DNA from: Auanema rhodensis
Taxonomy: Eukaryota > Animalia > Nematoda
NCBI GenBank assembly: GCA_964057225.1
Contig: OZ059894.1
Coordinates: 13,144,001-13,208,000, forward strand
Length of the DNA stretch: 64,000 nucleotides
Reading direction: 5' to 3'
A program made the position numbers and the translations under genes. Under the pieces are notes generated by a model that did not search any database, was not told the origin of the DNA, and saw nothing but the letters and a program-made list of their open reading frames with translations. Below are positions 1 through 15,000 of this stretch, in pieces; the stretch's first letter is position 1, and every line of letters starts with the position of its first letter.

Positions 1-3000
1 TTAATCACGTATTTTGAAACAATCTCAAATTTTTACAATAGTTTTGAAACAATTCATTCGTTCATTAAGATTTTAAACAATGAAAAAAAAAAGTTTGAAT
101 ATTTTGAAACTCAAGAAATAAAACATGAAAATATTTCATAATTTTCCAATTCATTTTACTCCATTTTCTTCATTTAATCACGTATTTTGAAACAATCTCA
201 TATTTTTACAATAGTTTTGAAAAAATTCATTCGTTCTGTAAGATTTTAAACAGTGAAAAAAATAAGTTTAAATATTTTGATACTCAAGAAATAAAACACG
301 AAAATATTTTATAATTTTCCAATTCATTTTACTCCATTTTCTTCATTTAATCACGTATTTTGAAACAATCTCAAATTTTTACAATAGTTTTGAAACAATT
401 CATTCGTTCATTAAGATTTTAAACAGTGAAAAAAAAAGTTTGAATATTTTGATACTAAAAAAATAAAACATGAAAATATTTTAAAATTTTCCAATTCATT
501 TTACTCTATTTTCTTCATTTAATCACGTATTTTGAAACAATCTCAAATTTTTACAATAGTTTTGAAACAATTCATTCGTTCATTGAGATTTTAAACAGTG
601 AAAAAAAAAGTTTGAATATTTTGATACTCAAGAAATAAAACATGAAAATTTTTTATAATTTTTCAATTCATTTTACTCTATTTTCTTCATTTAATCATGT
701 TTCTTGGAACAATTTTAAATTTTTACAATAATTTCGAAACAAATCATTCATTTAATAATGTTTTTAACAGTAAAAAAGATATAATTTTAAATATTTTGAT
801 ACTCAAAAAATAAAACATGAAAATATTTTAAAATTTTCCAATTCATTTTACTCTATTTTCTTCATTTAATCATGTTTCTTGGAATAATTTTAAATTTTAC
901 AATAATTTCAAAACAAATCATCCAGTTAATAATGTTTTTAACAGTAAAGTAGATATAATTTTAATTATTTTGATACTCAAAAAATAAAACATGAAAATAT
1001 TTTATAATTTTCCAATTCATTTTACTCTATTTTCTTCATTTAATCATGTTTCTTGGAACAATTTTAAATTTTTACAATAATTTCGAAACAAATCATCCAG
1101 TTAATAATGTTTTTAACAGTAAAGAAGTTATAATTTCAAATATTTTGATACTCAAAAAATAAAACATGAAAATATTTTATAATTTTCCAATTCATTTTAC
1201 TCTATTTTCTTCATTTAATCACGTATTTTGAAACAATCTCAAATTTTTACAATAGTTTTGAAACAATTCATTCGTTCATTAAGATTTTAAACAGTGAAAA
1301 AAAAAAGTTTGAATATTTTGAAACTCAAGAAATAAAACATGAAAATATTTTATAATTTTCCAATTCATTTTACTCCATTTTCTTCATTTAATCACGTATT
1401 TTGAAACAATCTCATATTTTTACAATAGTTTTGAAACAATTCATTCGTTCATTGAGATTTGAAACATTAAAAACGATCTTAATTTGAATTTTCTGATACT
1501 AAAAAAAGAAAACATGGAAATATTTTATAATTTTCCAATTCATTTTTTTCCATTTTCTTCATTTAATCACGTATTTTGAAACAATCTCAAATTTTTACAA
1601 TAGTTTGGAAACAATTCATTCGTTCATTAAGATTTTAAACAATGAAAAAAAAAAGTTTGAATATTTTGAAACTCAAGAAATAAAACATGAAAATATTTCA
1701 TAATTTTCCAATTCATTTTACTCCATTTTCTTCATTTAATCACGTATTTTGAAACAATCTCATATTTTTACAATAATTTTGAAACAATTCATTCGTTCTG
1801 TAAGATTTTAATTAGTGAAAAAAATAAGTTTAAATATTTTGATACTCAAGAAATAAAACACGAAAATATTTTATAATTTTCCAATTCATTTTACTCCATT
1901 TTCTTCATTTAATCACGTATTTTGAAACAATCTCAAATTTTTACAATAGTTTTGAAACAATTCATTCGTTCATTAAGATTTTAAACAGTGAAAAAAAAAA
2001 GTTTGAATATTTTGATACTAAAAAAATAAAACATGAAAATATTTTAAAATTTTCCAATTCATTTTACTCTATTTTCTTCATTTAATCACGTATTTTGAAA
2101 CAATCTCAAATTTTTACAATAGTTTGGAAACAATTCATTCGTTCATTGAGATTTTGAACAGTGAAAAAAATGTTTGAATATTTTGATACTCAAGAAATAA
2201 AACATGAAAATATTTTATAATTTTCCAATTCATTTTACTCCATTTTCTTCATTTAATCACGTATTTTGAAACAATCTCATATTTTTACAATAGTTTTGAA
2301 ACAATTCATTCGTTCATTAAGATTTTAAACAGTGAAAAAAAAAAGTTTGAATATTTTGAAACTCAAGAAATAAAACATGAAAATATTTTAAAATTTTCCA
2401 ATTCATTTTACTCCATTTTCTTCATTTAATCACGTATTTTGAAACAATCTCATATTTTTACAATAGTTTTGAAACAATTCATTCGTTCATTGAGATTTGA
2501 AACATTAAAAACGATCTTAATTTGAATTTTCTGATACTAAAAAAATAAAACATGGAAATATTTTATAATTTTCCAATTCATTTTACTCCATTTTCTTCAT
2601 TTAATCACGTATTTTGAAACAATCTCAAATTTTTACAATAGTTTTGAAACAATTCATTCGTTCATTAAGATTTTAAACAGTGAAAAAAAAAAGTTTGAAT
2701 ATTTTGAAACTCAAGAAATAAAACATGAAAATATTTTATAATTTTCCAATTCATTTTACTCCATTTTCTTCATTTAATCACGTATTTTGAAACAATCTCA
2801 TATTTTTACAATAATTTCGAAACAAATCATCCAGTTAATAATGTTTTTAACAGTAAAGTAGATATAATTTTAATTATTTTGATACTCAAAAAATAAAACA
2901 TAAAAATATTTTATAATTTTCCAATTCATTTTACTCCATTTTCTTCATTTAATCACGTATTTTGAAACAATCTCATATTTTTACAATAGTTTTGAAACAA

Positions 3001-6000
3001 TTCATTCGTTCATTGAGATTTGAAACATTAAAAACGATCTTAATTTGAATTTTCTGATACTAAAAAAATAAAACATGGAAATATTTTATAATTTTCCAAT
3101 TCATTTTACTCCATTTTCTTCATTTAATCACGTATTTTGAAACAATCTCAAATTTTTACAATAGTTTGGAAACAATTCATTCGTTCATTAAGATTTTAAA
3201 CAATGAAAAAAAAAAGTTTGAATATTTTGAAACTCAAGAAATAAAACATGAAAATATTTCATAATTTTCCAATTCATTTTACTCCATTTTCTTCATTTAA
3301 TCACGTATTTTGAAACAATCTTATATTTTTACAATAGTTTTGAAACAATTCATTCGTTCTGTAAGATTTTAAACAGTGAAAAAAATAAGTTTAAATATTT
3401 TGATACTCAAGAAATAAAACACGAAAATATTTTATAATTTTCCAATTCATTTTACTCCATTTTCTTCATTTAATCACGTATTTTGAAACAATCTCAATTT
3501 TTTACAATAGTTTTGAAACAATTCATTCGTTCATTAAGATTTTAAACAGTGAAAAAAAAAAGTTTGAATATTTTGATACTAAAAAAATAAAACATGAAAA
3601 TATTTTAAAATTTTCCAATTCATTTTACTCTATTTTCTTCATTTAATCACGTATTTTGAAACAATCTCAAATTTTTACAATAGTTTTGAAACAATTCGTT
3701 CGTTCATTGAGATTTTAAACAGTGAAAAAAAAAGTTTGAATATTTTGATACTCAAGAAATAAAACATGAAAATTTTTTATAATTTTCCAATTCATTTTAC
3801 TCTATTTTCTTCATTTAATCATGTTTCTTGGAACAATTTTAAATTTTTACAATAATTTCGAAACAAATCATTCATTTAATAATGTTTTTAACAGTAAAGA
3901 AGATATAATTTTAAATATTTTGATACTCAAAAAATAAAACATGAAAATATTTTAAAATTTTCCAATTCATTTTACTCTATTTTCTTCATTTAATCATGTT
4001 TCTTGGAATAATTTTAAATTTTACAATAATTTCAAAACAAATCATCCAGTTAATAATGTTTTTAACAGTAAAGTAGATATAATTTTAATTATTTTGATAC
4101 TCAAAAAATAAAACATGAAAATATTTTATAATTTTCCAATTCATTTTACTCTATTTTCTTCATTTAATCACGTATTTTGAAACAATCTCATATTTTTACA
4201 ATAGTTTTGAAACAATTCATTCGTTCATTGAGATTTGAAACATTAAAAACGATCTTAATTTGAATTTTCTGATACTAAAAAAATAAAACATGGAAATATT
4301 TCATAATTTTCCAATTCATTTTACTCCATTTTCTTCATTTAATCACGTATTTTGAAACAATCTCATATTTTTACAATAATTTTGAAACAATTCATTCGTT
4401 CTGTAAGATTTTAATTAGTGAAAAAAATAAGTTTAAATATTTTGAAACTCAAGAAATAAAACATGAAAATATTTTATAATTTTCCAATTCATTTTACTCT
4501 ATTTTCTTCATTTAATCATGTTTCTTGGAACAATTTTAAATTTTTACAATAATTTCGAAACAAATCATCCAGTTAATAATGTTTTTAACAGTAAAGAAGT
4601 TATAATTTCAAATATTTTGATACTCAAAAAATAAAACATGAAAATATTTTATAATTTTCCAACTCATTTTACTCTATTTTCTTCATTTAATCACGTATTT
4701 TGAAACAATCTCATATTTTTACAATAATTTTGAAACAATTCATTCGTTCTGTAAGATTTTAATTAGTGAAAAAAAAAAGTTTGAATATTTTGAAACTCAA
4801 GAAATAAAACATGAAAATATTTTATAATTTTCCAATTCATTTTACTCCATTTTCTTCATTTAATCACGTATTTTGAGACAATCTCATATTTTTACAATAA
4901 TTTTGAAACAATTCATTCGTTCTGTAAGATTTTAATTAGTGAAAAAAATAAGTTTAAATATTTTGATACTCAAGAAATAAAACACGAAAATATTTTATAA
5001 TTTTCCAATTCATTTTACTCCATTTTCTTCATTTAATCACGTATTTTGAAACAATCTCATATTTTTACAATAGTTTTGAAACAATTCATTCGTTCTGTAA
5101 GATTTTAAACAGTGAAAAAAATAAGTTTAAATATTTTGATACTCAAGAAATAAAACACGAAAATATTTTATAATTTTCCAATTCATTTTACTCCATTTTC
5201 TTCATTTAATCACGTATTTTGAAACAATCTCAATTTTTTACAATAGTTTTGAAACAATTCATTCGTTCATTAAGATTTTAAACAGTGAAAAAAAAAAGTT
5301 TGAATATTTTGATACTAAAAAAATAAAACATGAAAATATTTTAAAATTTTCCAATTCATTTTACTCTATTTTCTTCATTTAATCACGTATTTTGAAACAA
5401 TCTCAAATTTTTACAATAGTTTTGAAACAATTCATTCGTTCATTGAGATTTTAAACAGTGAAAAAAAAAGTTTGAATATTTTGATACTCAAGAAATAAAA
5501 CATGAAAATTTTTTATAATTTTCCAATTCATTTTACTCTATTTTCTTCATTTAATCATGTTTCTTGGAACAATTTTAAATTTTTACAATAATTTCGAAAC
5601 AAATCATTCATTTAATAATGTTTTTAACAGTAAAGAAGATATAATTTTAAATATTTTGATACTCAAAAAATAAAACATGAAAATATTTTAAAATTTTCCA
5701 ATTCATTTTACTCTATTTTCTTCATTTAATCATGTTTCTTGGAATAATTTTAAATTTTACAATAATTTCAAAACAAATCATCCAGTTAATAATGTTTTTA
5801 ACAGTAAAGTAGATATAATTTTAATTATTTTGATACTCAAAAAATAAAACATGAAAATATTTTATAATTTTCCAATTCATTTTACTCTATTTTCTTCATT
5901 TAATCATGTTTCTTGGAACAATTTTAAATTTTTACAATAATTTCGAAACAAATCATCCAGTTAATAATGTTTTTAACAGTAAAGAAGTTATAATTTCAAA

Positions 6001-9000
6001 TATTTTGATACTCAAAAAATAAAACATGAAAATATTTTATAATTTTCCAATTCATTTTACTCTATTTTCTTCATTTAATCACGTATTTTGAAGCAATCTC
6101 AAATTTTTACAATAGTTTTGAAACAATTCATTCGTTCATTAAGATTTTAAACAGTGAAGAAAAAAAGTTTGAATATTTTGAAACTCAAGAAATAAAACAT
6201 GAAAATATTTTATAATTTTCCAATTCATTTTACTCCATTTTCTTCATTTAATCACGTATTTTGAAACAATCTCATATTTTTACAATAGTTTTGAAACAAT
6301 TCATTCGTTCATTGAGATTTGAAACATTAAAAACGATCTTAATTTGAATTTTCTGATACTAAAAAAATAAAACATGGAAATATTTCATAATTTTCCAATT
6401 CATTTTACTCCATTTTCTTCATTTAATCACGTATTTTGAAACAATCTCATATTTTTACAATAATTTTGAAACAATTCATTCGTTCTGTAAGATTTTAATT
6501 AGTGAAAAAAATAAGTTTAAATATTTTGAAACTCAAGAAATAAAACATGAAAATATTTCATAATTTTCCAATTCATTTTACTCCATTTTCTTCATTTAAT
6601 CATGTTTCTTGGAATAATTTTAAATTTTACAATAATTTCAAAACAAATCATCCAGTTAATAATGTTTTTAACAGTAAAGTAGATATAATTTTAATTATTT
6701 TGATACTCAAAAAATAAAACATGAAAATATTTTATAATTTTCCAATTCATTTTACTCTATTTTCTTCATTTAATCATGTTTCTTGGAACAATTTTAAATT
6801 TTTACAATAATTTCGAAACAAATCATCCAGTTAATAATGTTTTTAACAGTAAAGAAGTTATAATTTCAAATATTTTGATACTCAAAAAATAAAACATGAA
6901 AATATTTTATAATTTTCCAATTCATTTTACTCTATTTTCTTCATTTAATCACGTATTTTGAAACAATCTCAAATTTTTACAATAGTTTTGAAACAATTCA
7001 TTCGTTCATTAAGATTTTAAACAGTGAAAAAAAAAAGTTTGAATATTTTGATACTCAAGAAATAAAACACGAAAATATTTTATAATTTTCCAATTCATTT
7101 TACTCCATTTTCTTCATTTAATCACGTATTTTGAAACAATCTCAAATTTTTACAATAGTTTTGAAACAATTCATTCGTTCATTAAGATTTTAAACAGTGA
7201 AAAAAAAAAGTTTGAATATTTTGATACTAAAAAAATAAAACATGAAAATATTTTAAAATTTTCCAATTCATTTTACTCTATTTTCTTCATTTAATCACGT
7301 ATTTTGAAACAATCTCAAATTTTTACAATAGTTTTGAAACAATTCATTCGTTCATTGAGATTTTAAACAGTGAAAAAAATGTTTGAATATTTTGATACTC
7401 AAAGAAATAAAACATGAAAATATTTTATAATTTTCCAATTCATTTTACTCCATTTTCTTCATTTAATCACGTATTTTGAAACAATCTCATATTTTTACAA
7501 TAGTTTGGAAACAATTCATTCGTTCATTGAGATTTGAAACATTAAAAACGATCTTAATTTGAATTTTCTGATACTAAAAAAATAAAACATGGAAATATTT
7601 TATAATTTTCCAATTCATTTTACTCCATTTTCTTCATTTAATCACGTATTTTGAAACAATCTCAAATTTTTACAATAGTTTGGAAACAATTCATTCGTTC
7701 ATTAAGATTTTAAACAATGAAAAAAAAAAGTTTGAATATTTTGAAACTCAAGAAATAAAACATGAAAATATTTCATAATTTTCCAATTCATTTTACTCCA
7801 TTTTCTTCATTTAATCACGTATTTTGAAACAATCTCATATTTTTACAATATTTTTGAAACAATTCATTCGTTCTGTAAGATTTTAAACAGTGAAAAAAAT
7901 AAGTTTAAATATTTTGATACTCAAGAAATAAAACACGAAAATATTTTATAATTTTCCAATTCATTTTACTCCATTTTCTTCATTTAATCACGTATTTTGA
8001 AACAATCTCAATTTTTTACAATAATTTTGAAACAATTCATTCGTTCTGTAAGATTTTAATTAGTGAAAAAAATAAGTTTAAATATTTTGATACTCAAGAA
8101 ATAAAACACGAAAATATTTTATAATTTTCCAATTCATTTTACTCCATTTTCTTCATTTAATCACGTATTTTGAAACAATCTCAAATTTTTACAATAGTTT
8201 TGAAACAATTCATTCGTTCATTAAGATTTTAAACAGTGAAAAAAAAAAGTTTGAATATTTTGATACTCAAGAAATAAAACATGAAAATATTTTATAATTT
8301 TCCAATTCATTTTACTCCATTTTCTTCATTTAATCACGTATTTTGAAACAATCTCATATTTTTACAATAGTTTTGAAACAATTCATTCGTTCATTAAGAT
8401 TTTAAACAGTGAAAAAAAAAAGTTTGAATATTTTGAAACTCAAGAAATAAAACATGAAAATATTTTATAATTTTCCAATTCATTTTACTCTATTTTCTTC
8501 ATTTAATCATGTTTCTTGGAACAATTTTAAATTTTTACAATAATTTCGAAACAAATCATCCAGTTAATAATGTTTTTAACAGTAAAGAAGTTATAATTTC
8601 AAATATTTTGATACTCAAAAAATAAAACATGAAAATATTTTATAATTTTCCAATTCATTTTACTCTATTTTCTTCATTTAATCACGTATTTTGAAACAAT
8701 CTCATATTTTTACAATAATTTTGAAACAATTCATTCGTTCTGTAAGATTTTAATTAGTGAAAAAAAAAAGTTTGAATATTTTGAAACTCAAGAAATAAAA
8801 CATGAAAATATTTTATAATTTTCCAATTCATTTTACTCCATTTTCTTCATTTAATCACGTATTTTGAGACAATCTCATATTTTTACAATAATTTTGAAAC
8901 AATTCATTCGTTCTGTAAGATTTTAATTAGTGAAAAAAATAAGTTTAAATATTTTGATACTCAAGAAATAAAACACGAAAATATTTTATAATTTTCCAAT

Positions 9001-12000
9001 TCATTTTACTCCATTTTCTTCATTTAATCACGTATTTTGAAACAATCTCATATTTTTACAATAGTTTTGAAACAATTCATTCGTTCTGTAAGATTTTAAA
9101 CAGTGAAAAAAATAAGTTTAAATATTTTGATACTCAAGAAATAAAACACGAAAATATTTTATAATTTTCCAATTCATTTTACTCCATTTTCTTCATTTAA
9201 TCACGTATTTTGAAACAATCTCAATTTTTTACAATAGTTTTGAAACAATTCATTCGTTCATTAAGATTTTAAACAGTGAAAAAAAAAAGTTTGAATATTT
9301 TGATACTAAAAAAATAAAACATGAAAATATTTTAAAATTTTCCAATTCATTTTACTCTATTTTCTTCATTTAATCACGTATTTTGAAACAATCTCAAATT
9401 TTTACAATAGTTTTGAAACAATTCATTCGTTCATTGAGATTTTAAACAGTGAAAAAAAAAGTTTGAATATTTTGATACTCAAGAAATAAAACATGAAAAT
9501 TTTTTATAATTTTCCAATTCATTTTACTCTATTTTCTTCATTTAATCATGTTTCTTGGAACAATTTTAAATTTTTACAATAATTTCGAAACAAATCATTC
9601 ATTTAATAATGTTTTTAACAGTAAAGAAGATATAATTTTAAATATTTTGATACTCAAAAAATAAAACATGAAAATATTTTAAAATTTTCCAATTCATTTT
9701 ACTCTATTTTCTTCATTTAATCATGTTTCTTGGAATAATTTTAAATTTTACAATAATTTCAAAACAAATCATCCAGTTAATAATGTTATTAACAGTAAAG
9801 TAGATATAATTTTAATTATTTTGATACTCAAAAAATAAAACATGAAAATATTTTATAATTTTCCAATTCATTTTACTCTATTTTCTTCATTTAATCATGT
9901 TTCTTGGAACAATTTTAAATTTTTACAATAATTTCGAAACAAATCATCCAGTTAATAATGTTTTTAACAGTAAAGAAGTTATAATTTCAAATATTTTGAT
10001 ACTCAAAAAATAAAACATGAAAATATTTTATAATTTTCCAATTCATTTTACTCTATTTTCTTCATTTAATCCCGTATTTTGAAGCAATCTCAAATTTTTA
10101 CAATAGTTTTGAAACAATTCATTCGTTCATTAAGATTTTAAACAGTGAAAAAAAAAAGTTTGAATATTTTGAAACTCAAGAAATAAAACATGAAAATATT
10201 TTATAATTTTCCAATTCATTTTACTCCATTTTCTTCATTTAATCACGTATTTTGAAACAATCTCATATTTTTACAATAGTTTTGAAACAATTCATTCGTT
10301 CATTGAGATTTGAAACATTAAAAACGATCTTAATTTGAATTTTCTGATACTAAAAAAATAAAACATGGAAATATTTCATAATTTTCCAATTCATTTTACT
10401 CCATTTTCTTCATTTAATCACGTATTTTGAAACAATCTCATATTTTTACAATAATTTTGAAACAATTCATTCGTTCTGTAAGATTTTAATTAGTGAAAAA
10501 AATAAGTTTAAATATTTTGAAACTCAAGAAATAAAACATGAAAATATTTCATAATTTTCCAATTCATTTTACTCCATTTTCTTCATTTAATCATGTTTCT
10601 TGGAATAATTTTAAATTTTACAATAATTTCAAAACAAATCATCCAGTTAATAATGTTTTTAACAGTAAAGTAGATATAATTTTAATTATTTTGATACTCA
10701 AAAAATAAAACATGAAAATATTTTATAATTTTCCAATTCATTTTACTCTATTTTCTTCATTTAATCATGTTTCTTGGAACAATTTTAAATTTTTACAATA
10801 ATTTCGAAACAAATCATCCAGTTAATAATGTTTTTAACAGTAAAGAAGTTATAATTTCAAATATTTTGATACTCAAAAAATAAAACATGAAAATATTTTA
10901 TAATTTTCCAATTCATTTTACTCTATTTTCTTCATTTAATCACGTATTTTGAAACAATCTCAAATTTTTACAATAGTTTTGAAACAATTCATTCGTTCAT
11001 TAAGATTTTAAACAGTGAAAAAAAAAAGTTTGAATATTTTGAAACTCAAGAAATAAAACATGAAAATATTTTATAATTTTCCAATTCATTTTACTCCATT
11101 TTCTTCATTTAATCACGTATTTTGAAACAATCTCATATTTTTACAATAATTTTGAAACAATTCATTCGTTCTGTAAGATTTTAATTAGTGAAAAAAATAA
11201 GTTTAAATATTTTGATACTCAAGAAATAAAACACGAAAATATTTTATAATTTTCCAATTCATTTTACTCCATTTTCTTCATTTAATCACGTATTTTGAAA
11301 CAATCTCAAATTTTTACAATAGTTTTGAAACAATTCATTCGTTCATTAAGATTTTAAACAGTGAAAAAAAAAAGTTTGAATATTTTGATACTAAAAAAAT
11401 AAAACATGAAAATATTTTAAAATTTTCCAATTCATTTTACTCTATTTTCTTCATTTAATCACGTATTTTGAAACAATCTCAAATTTTTACAATAGTTTTG
11501 AAACAATTCATTCGTTCATTGAGATTTTAAACAGTGAAAAAAATGTTTGAATATTTTGATACTCAAGAAATAAAACATGAAAATATTTTATAATTTTCCA
11601 ATTCATTTTACTCCATTTTCTTCATTTAATCACGTATTTTGAAACAATCTCATATTTTTACAATAGTTTGGAAACAATTCATTCGTTCATTGAGATTTGA
11701 AACATTAAAAACGATCTTAATTTGAATTTTCTGATACTAAAAAAATAAAACATGGAAATATTTTATAATTTTCCAATTCATTTTACTCCATTTTCTTCAT
11801 TTAATCACGTATTTTGAAACAATCTCAAATTTTTACAATAGTTTGGAAACAATTCATTCGTTCATTAAGATTTTAAACAATGAAAAAAAAAAGTTTGAAT
11901 ATTTTGAAACTCAAGAAATAAAACATGAAAATATTTCATAATTTTCCAATTCATTTTACTCCATTTTCTTACAATAGTTTGGAAACAATTCATTCGTTCA

Positions 12001-15000
12001 TTAAGATTTTAAACAATGAAAAAAAAAAGTTTGAATATTTTGAAACTCAAGAAATAAAACATGAAAATATTTCATAATTTTCCAATTCATTTTACTCCAT
12101 TTTCTTCATTTAATCACGTATTTTGAAACAATCTCATATTTTTACAATATTTTTGAAACAATTCATTCGTTCTGTAAGATTTTAAACAGTGAAAAAAATA
12201 AGTTTAAATATTTTGATACTCAAGAAATAAAACACGAAAATATTTTATAATTTTCCAATTCATTTTACTCCATTTTCTTCATTTAATCACGTATTTTGAA
12301 ACAATCTCATATTTTTACAATAGTTTTGAAACAATTCATTCGTTCATTAAGATTTTAAACAGTAAAGAAGTTATAATTTCAAATATTTTGATACTCAAAA
12401 AATAAAACATGAAAATATTTTATAATTTTCCAATTCATTTTACTCTATTTTCTTCATTTAATCACGTATTTTGAAGCAATCTCAAATTTTTACAATAGTT
12501 TTGAAACAATTCATTCGTTCATTAAGATTTTAAACAGTGAAAAAAAAAAGTTTGAATATTTTGAAACTCAAGAAATAAAACATGAAAATATTTTATAATT
12601 TTCCAATTCATTTTACTCCATTTTCTTCATTTAATCACGTATTTTGAAACAATCTCATATTTTTACAATAGTTTTGAAACAATTCATTCGTTCATTGAGA
12701 TTTGAAACATTAAAAACGATCTTAATTTGAATTTTCTGATACTAAAAAAATAAAACATGGAAATATTTCATAATTTTCCAATTCATTTTACTCCATTTTC
12801 TTCATTTAATCACGTATTTTGAAACAATCTCATATTTTTACAATAATTTTGAAACAATTCATTCGTTCTGTAAGATTTTAATTAGTGAAAAAAATAAGTT
12901 TAAATATTTTGAAACTCAAGAAATAAAACATGAAAATATTTCATAATTTTCCAATTCATTTTACTCCATTTTCTTCATTTAATCATGTTTCTTGGAATAA
13001 TTTTAAATTTTACAATAATTTCAAAACAAATCATCCAGTTAATAATGTTTTTAACAGTAAAGTAGATATAATTTTAATTATTTTGATACTCAAAAAATAA
13101 AACATGAAAATATTTTATAATTTTCCAATTCATTTTACTCTATTTTCTTCATTTAATCATGTTTCTTGGAACAATTTTAAATTTTTACAATAATTTCGAA
13201 ACAAATCATCCAGTTAATAATGTTTTTAACAGTAAAGAAGTTATAATTTCAAATATTTTGATACTCAAAAAATAAAACATGAAAATATTTTATAATTTTC
13301 CAATTCATTTTACTCTATTTTCTTCATTTAATCACGTATTTTGAAACAATCTCAAATTTTTACAATAGTTTTGAAACAATTCATTCGTTCATTAAGATTT
13401 TAAACAGTGAAAAAAAAAAGTTTGAATATTTTGAAACTCAAGAAATAAAACATGAAAATATTTTATAATTTTCCAATTCATTTTACTCCATTTTCTTCAT
13501 TTAATCACGTATTTTGAAACAATCTCATATTTTTACAATAATTTTGAAACAATTCATTCGTTCTGTAAGATTTTAATTAGTGAAAAAAATAAGTTTAAAT
13601 ATTTTGATACTCAAGAAATAAAACACGAAAATATTTTATAATTTTCCAATTCATTTTACTCCATTTTCTTCATTTAATCACGTATTTTGAAACAATCTCA
13701 AATTTTTACAATAGTTTTGAAACAATTCATTCGTTCATTAAGATTTTAAACAGTGAAAAAAAAAAGTTTGAATATTTTGATACTAAAAAAATAAAACATG
13801 AAAATATTTTAAAATTTTCCAATTCATTTTACTCTATTTTCTTCATTTAATCACGTATTTTGAAACAATCTCAAATTTTTACAATAGTTTTGAAACAATT
13901 CATTCGTTCATTGAGATTTTAAACAGTGAAAAAAATGTTTGAATATTTTGATACTCAAGAAATAAAACATGAAAATATTTTATAATTTTCCAATTCATTT
14001 TACTCCATTTTCTTCATTTAATCACGTATTTTGAAACAATCTCATATTTTTACAATAGTTTGGAAACAATTCATTCGTTCATTGAGATTTGAAACATTAA
14101 AAACGATCTTAATTTGAATTTTCTGATACTAAAAAAATAAAACATGGAAATATTTTATAATTTTCCAATTCATTTTACTCCATTTTCTTCATTTAATCAC
14201 GTATTTTGAAACAATCTCAAATTTTTACAATAGTTTGGAAACAATTCATTCGTTCATTAAGATTTTAAACAATGAAAAAAAAAAGTTTGAATATTTTGAA
14301 ACTCAAGAAATAAAACATGAAAATATTTCATAATTTTCCAATTCATTTTACTCCATTTTCTTCATTTAATCACGTATTTTGAAACAATCTCATATTTTTA
14401 CAATATTTTTGAAACAATTCATTCGTTCTGTAAGATTTTAAACAGTGAAAAAAATAAGTTTAAATATTTTGATACTCAAGAAATAAAACACGAAAATATT
14501 TTATAATTTTCCAATTCATTTTACTCCATTTTCTTCATTTAATCACGTATTTTGAAACAATCTCATATTTTTACAATAGTTTTGAAACAATTCATTCGTT
14601 CATTAAGATTTTAAACAGTGAAAAAAAAAAGTTTGAATCTTTTGATACTCAAGAAATAAAACATGAAAATATTTTATAATATTCCAATTCATTTTACTCT
14701 ATTTTCTTCATTTAATCACGTATTTTGAAACAATCTCAAATTTTTACAATAGTTTTGAAACAATTCATTCGTTCATTAAGATTTTAAACAGTGAAAAAAA
14801 AAAGTTTGAATATTTTGATACTCAAGAAATAAAACACGAAAATATTTTATAATTTTCCAATTCATTTTACTCCATTTTCTTCATTTAATCACGTATTTTG
14901 AAACAATCTCAAATTTTTACAATAGTTTTGAAACAATTCATTCGTTCATTAAGATTTTAAACAGTGAAAAAAAAAAGTTTGAATATTTTGAAACTCAAGA

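Noticed and set aside
1-173. Primate alpha satellite or CENP-B box
   Set aside because: Only the monomer length is similar. The sequence is about 20% GC, and TTCGTT is not followed by the A..CGGG part of the CENP-B box.
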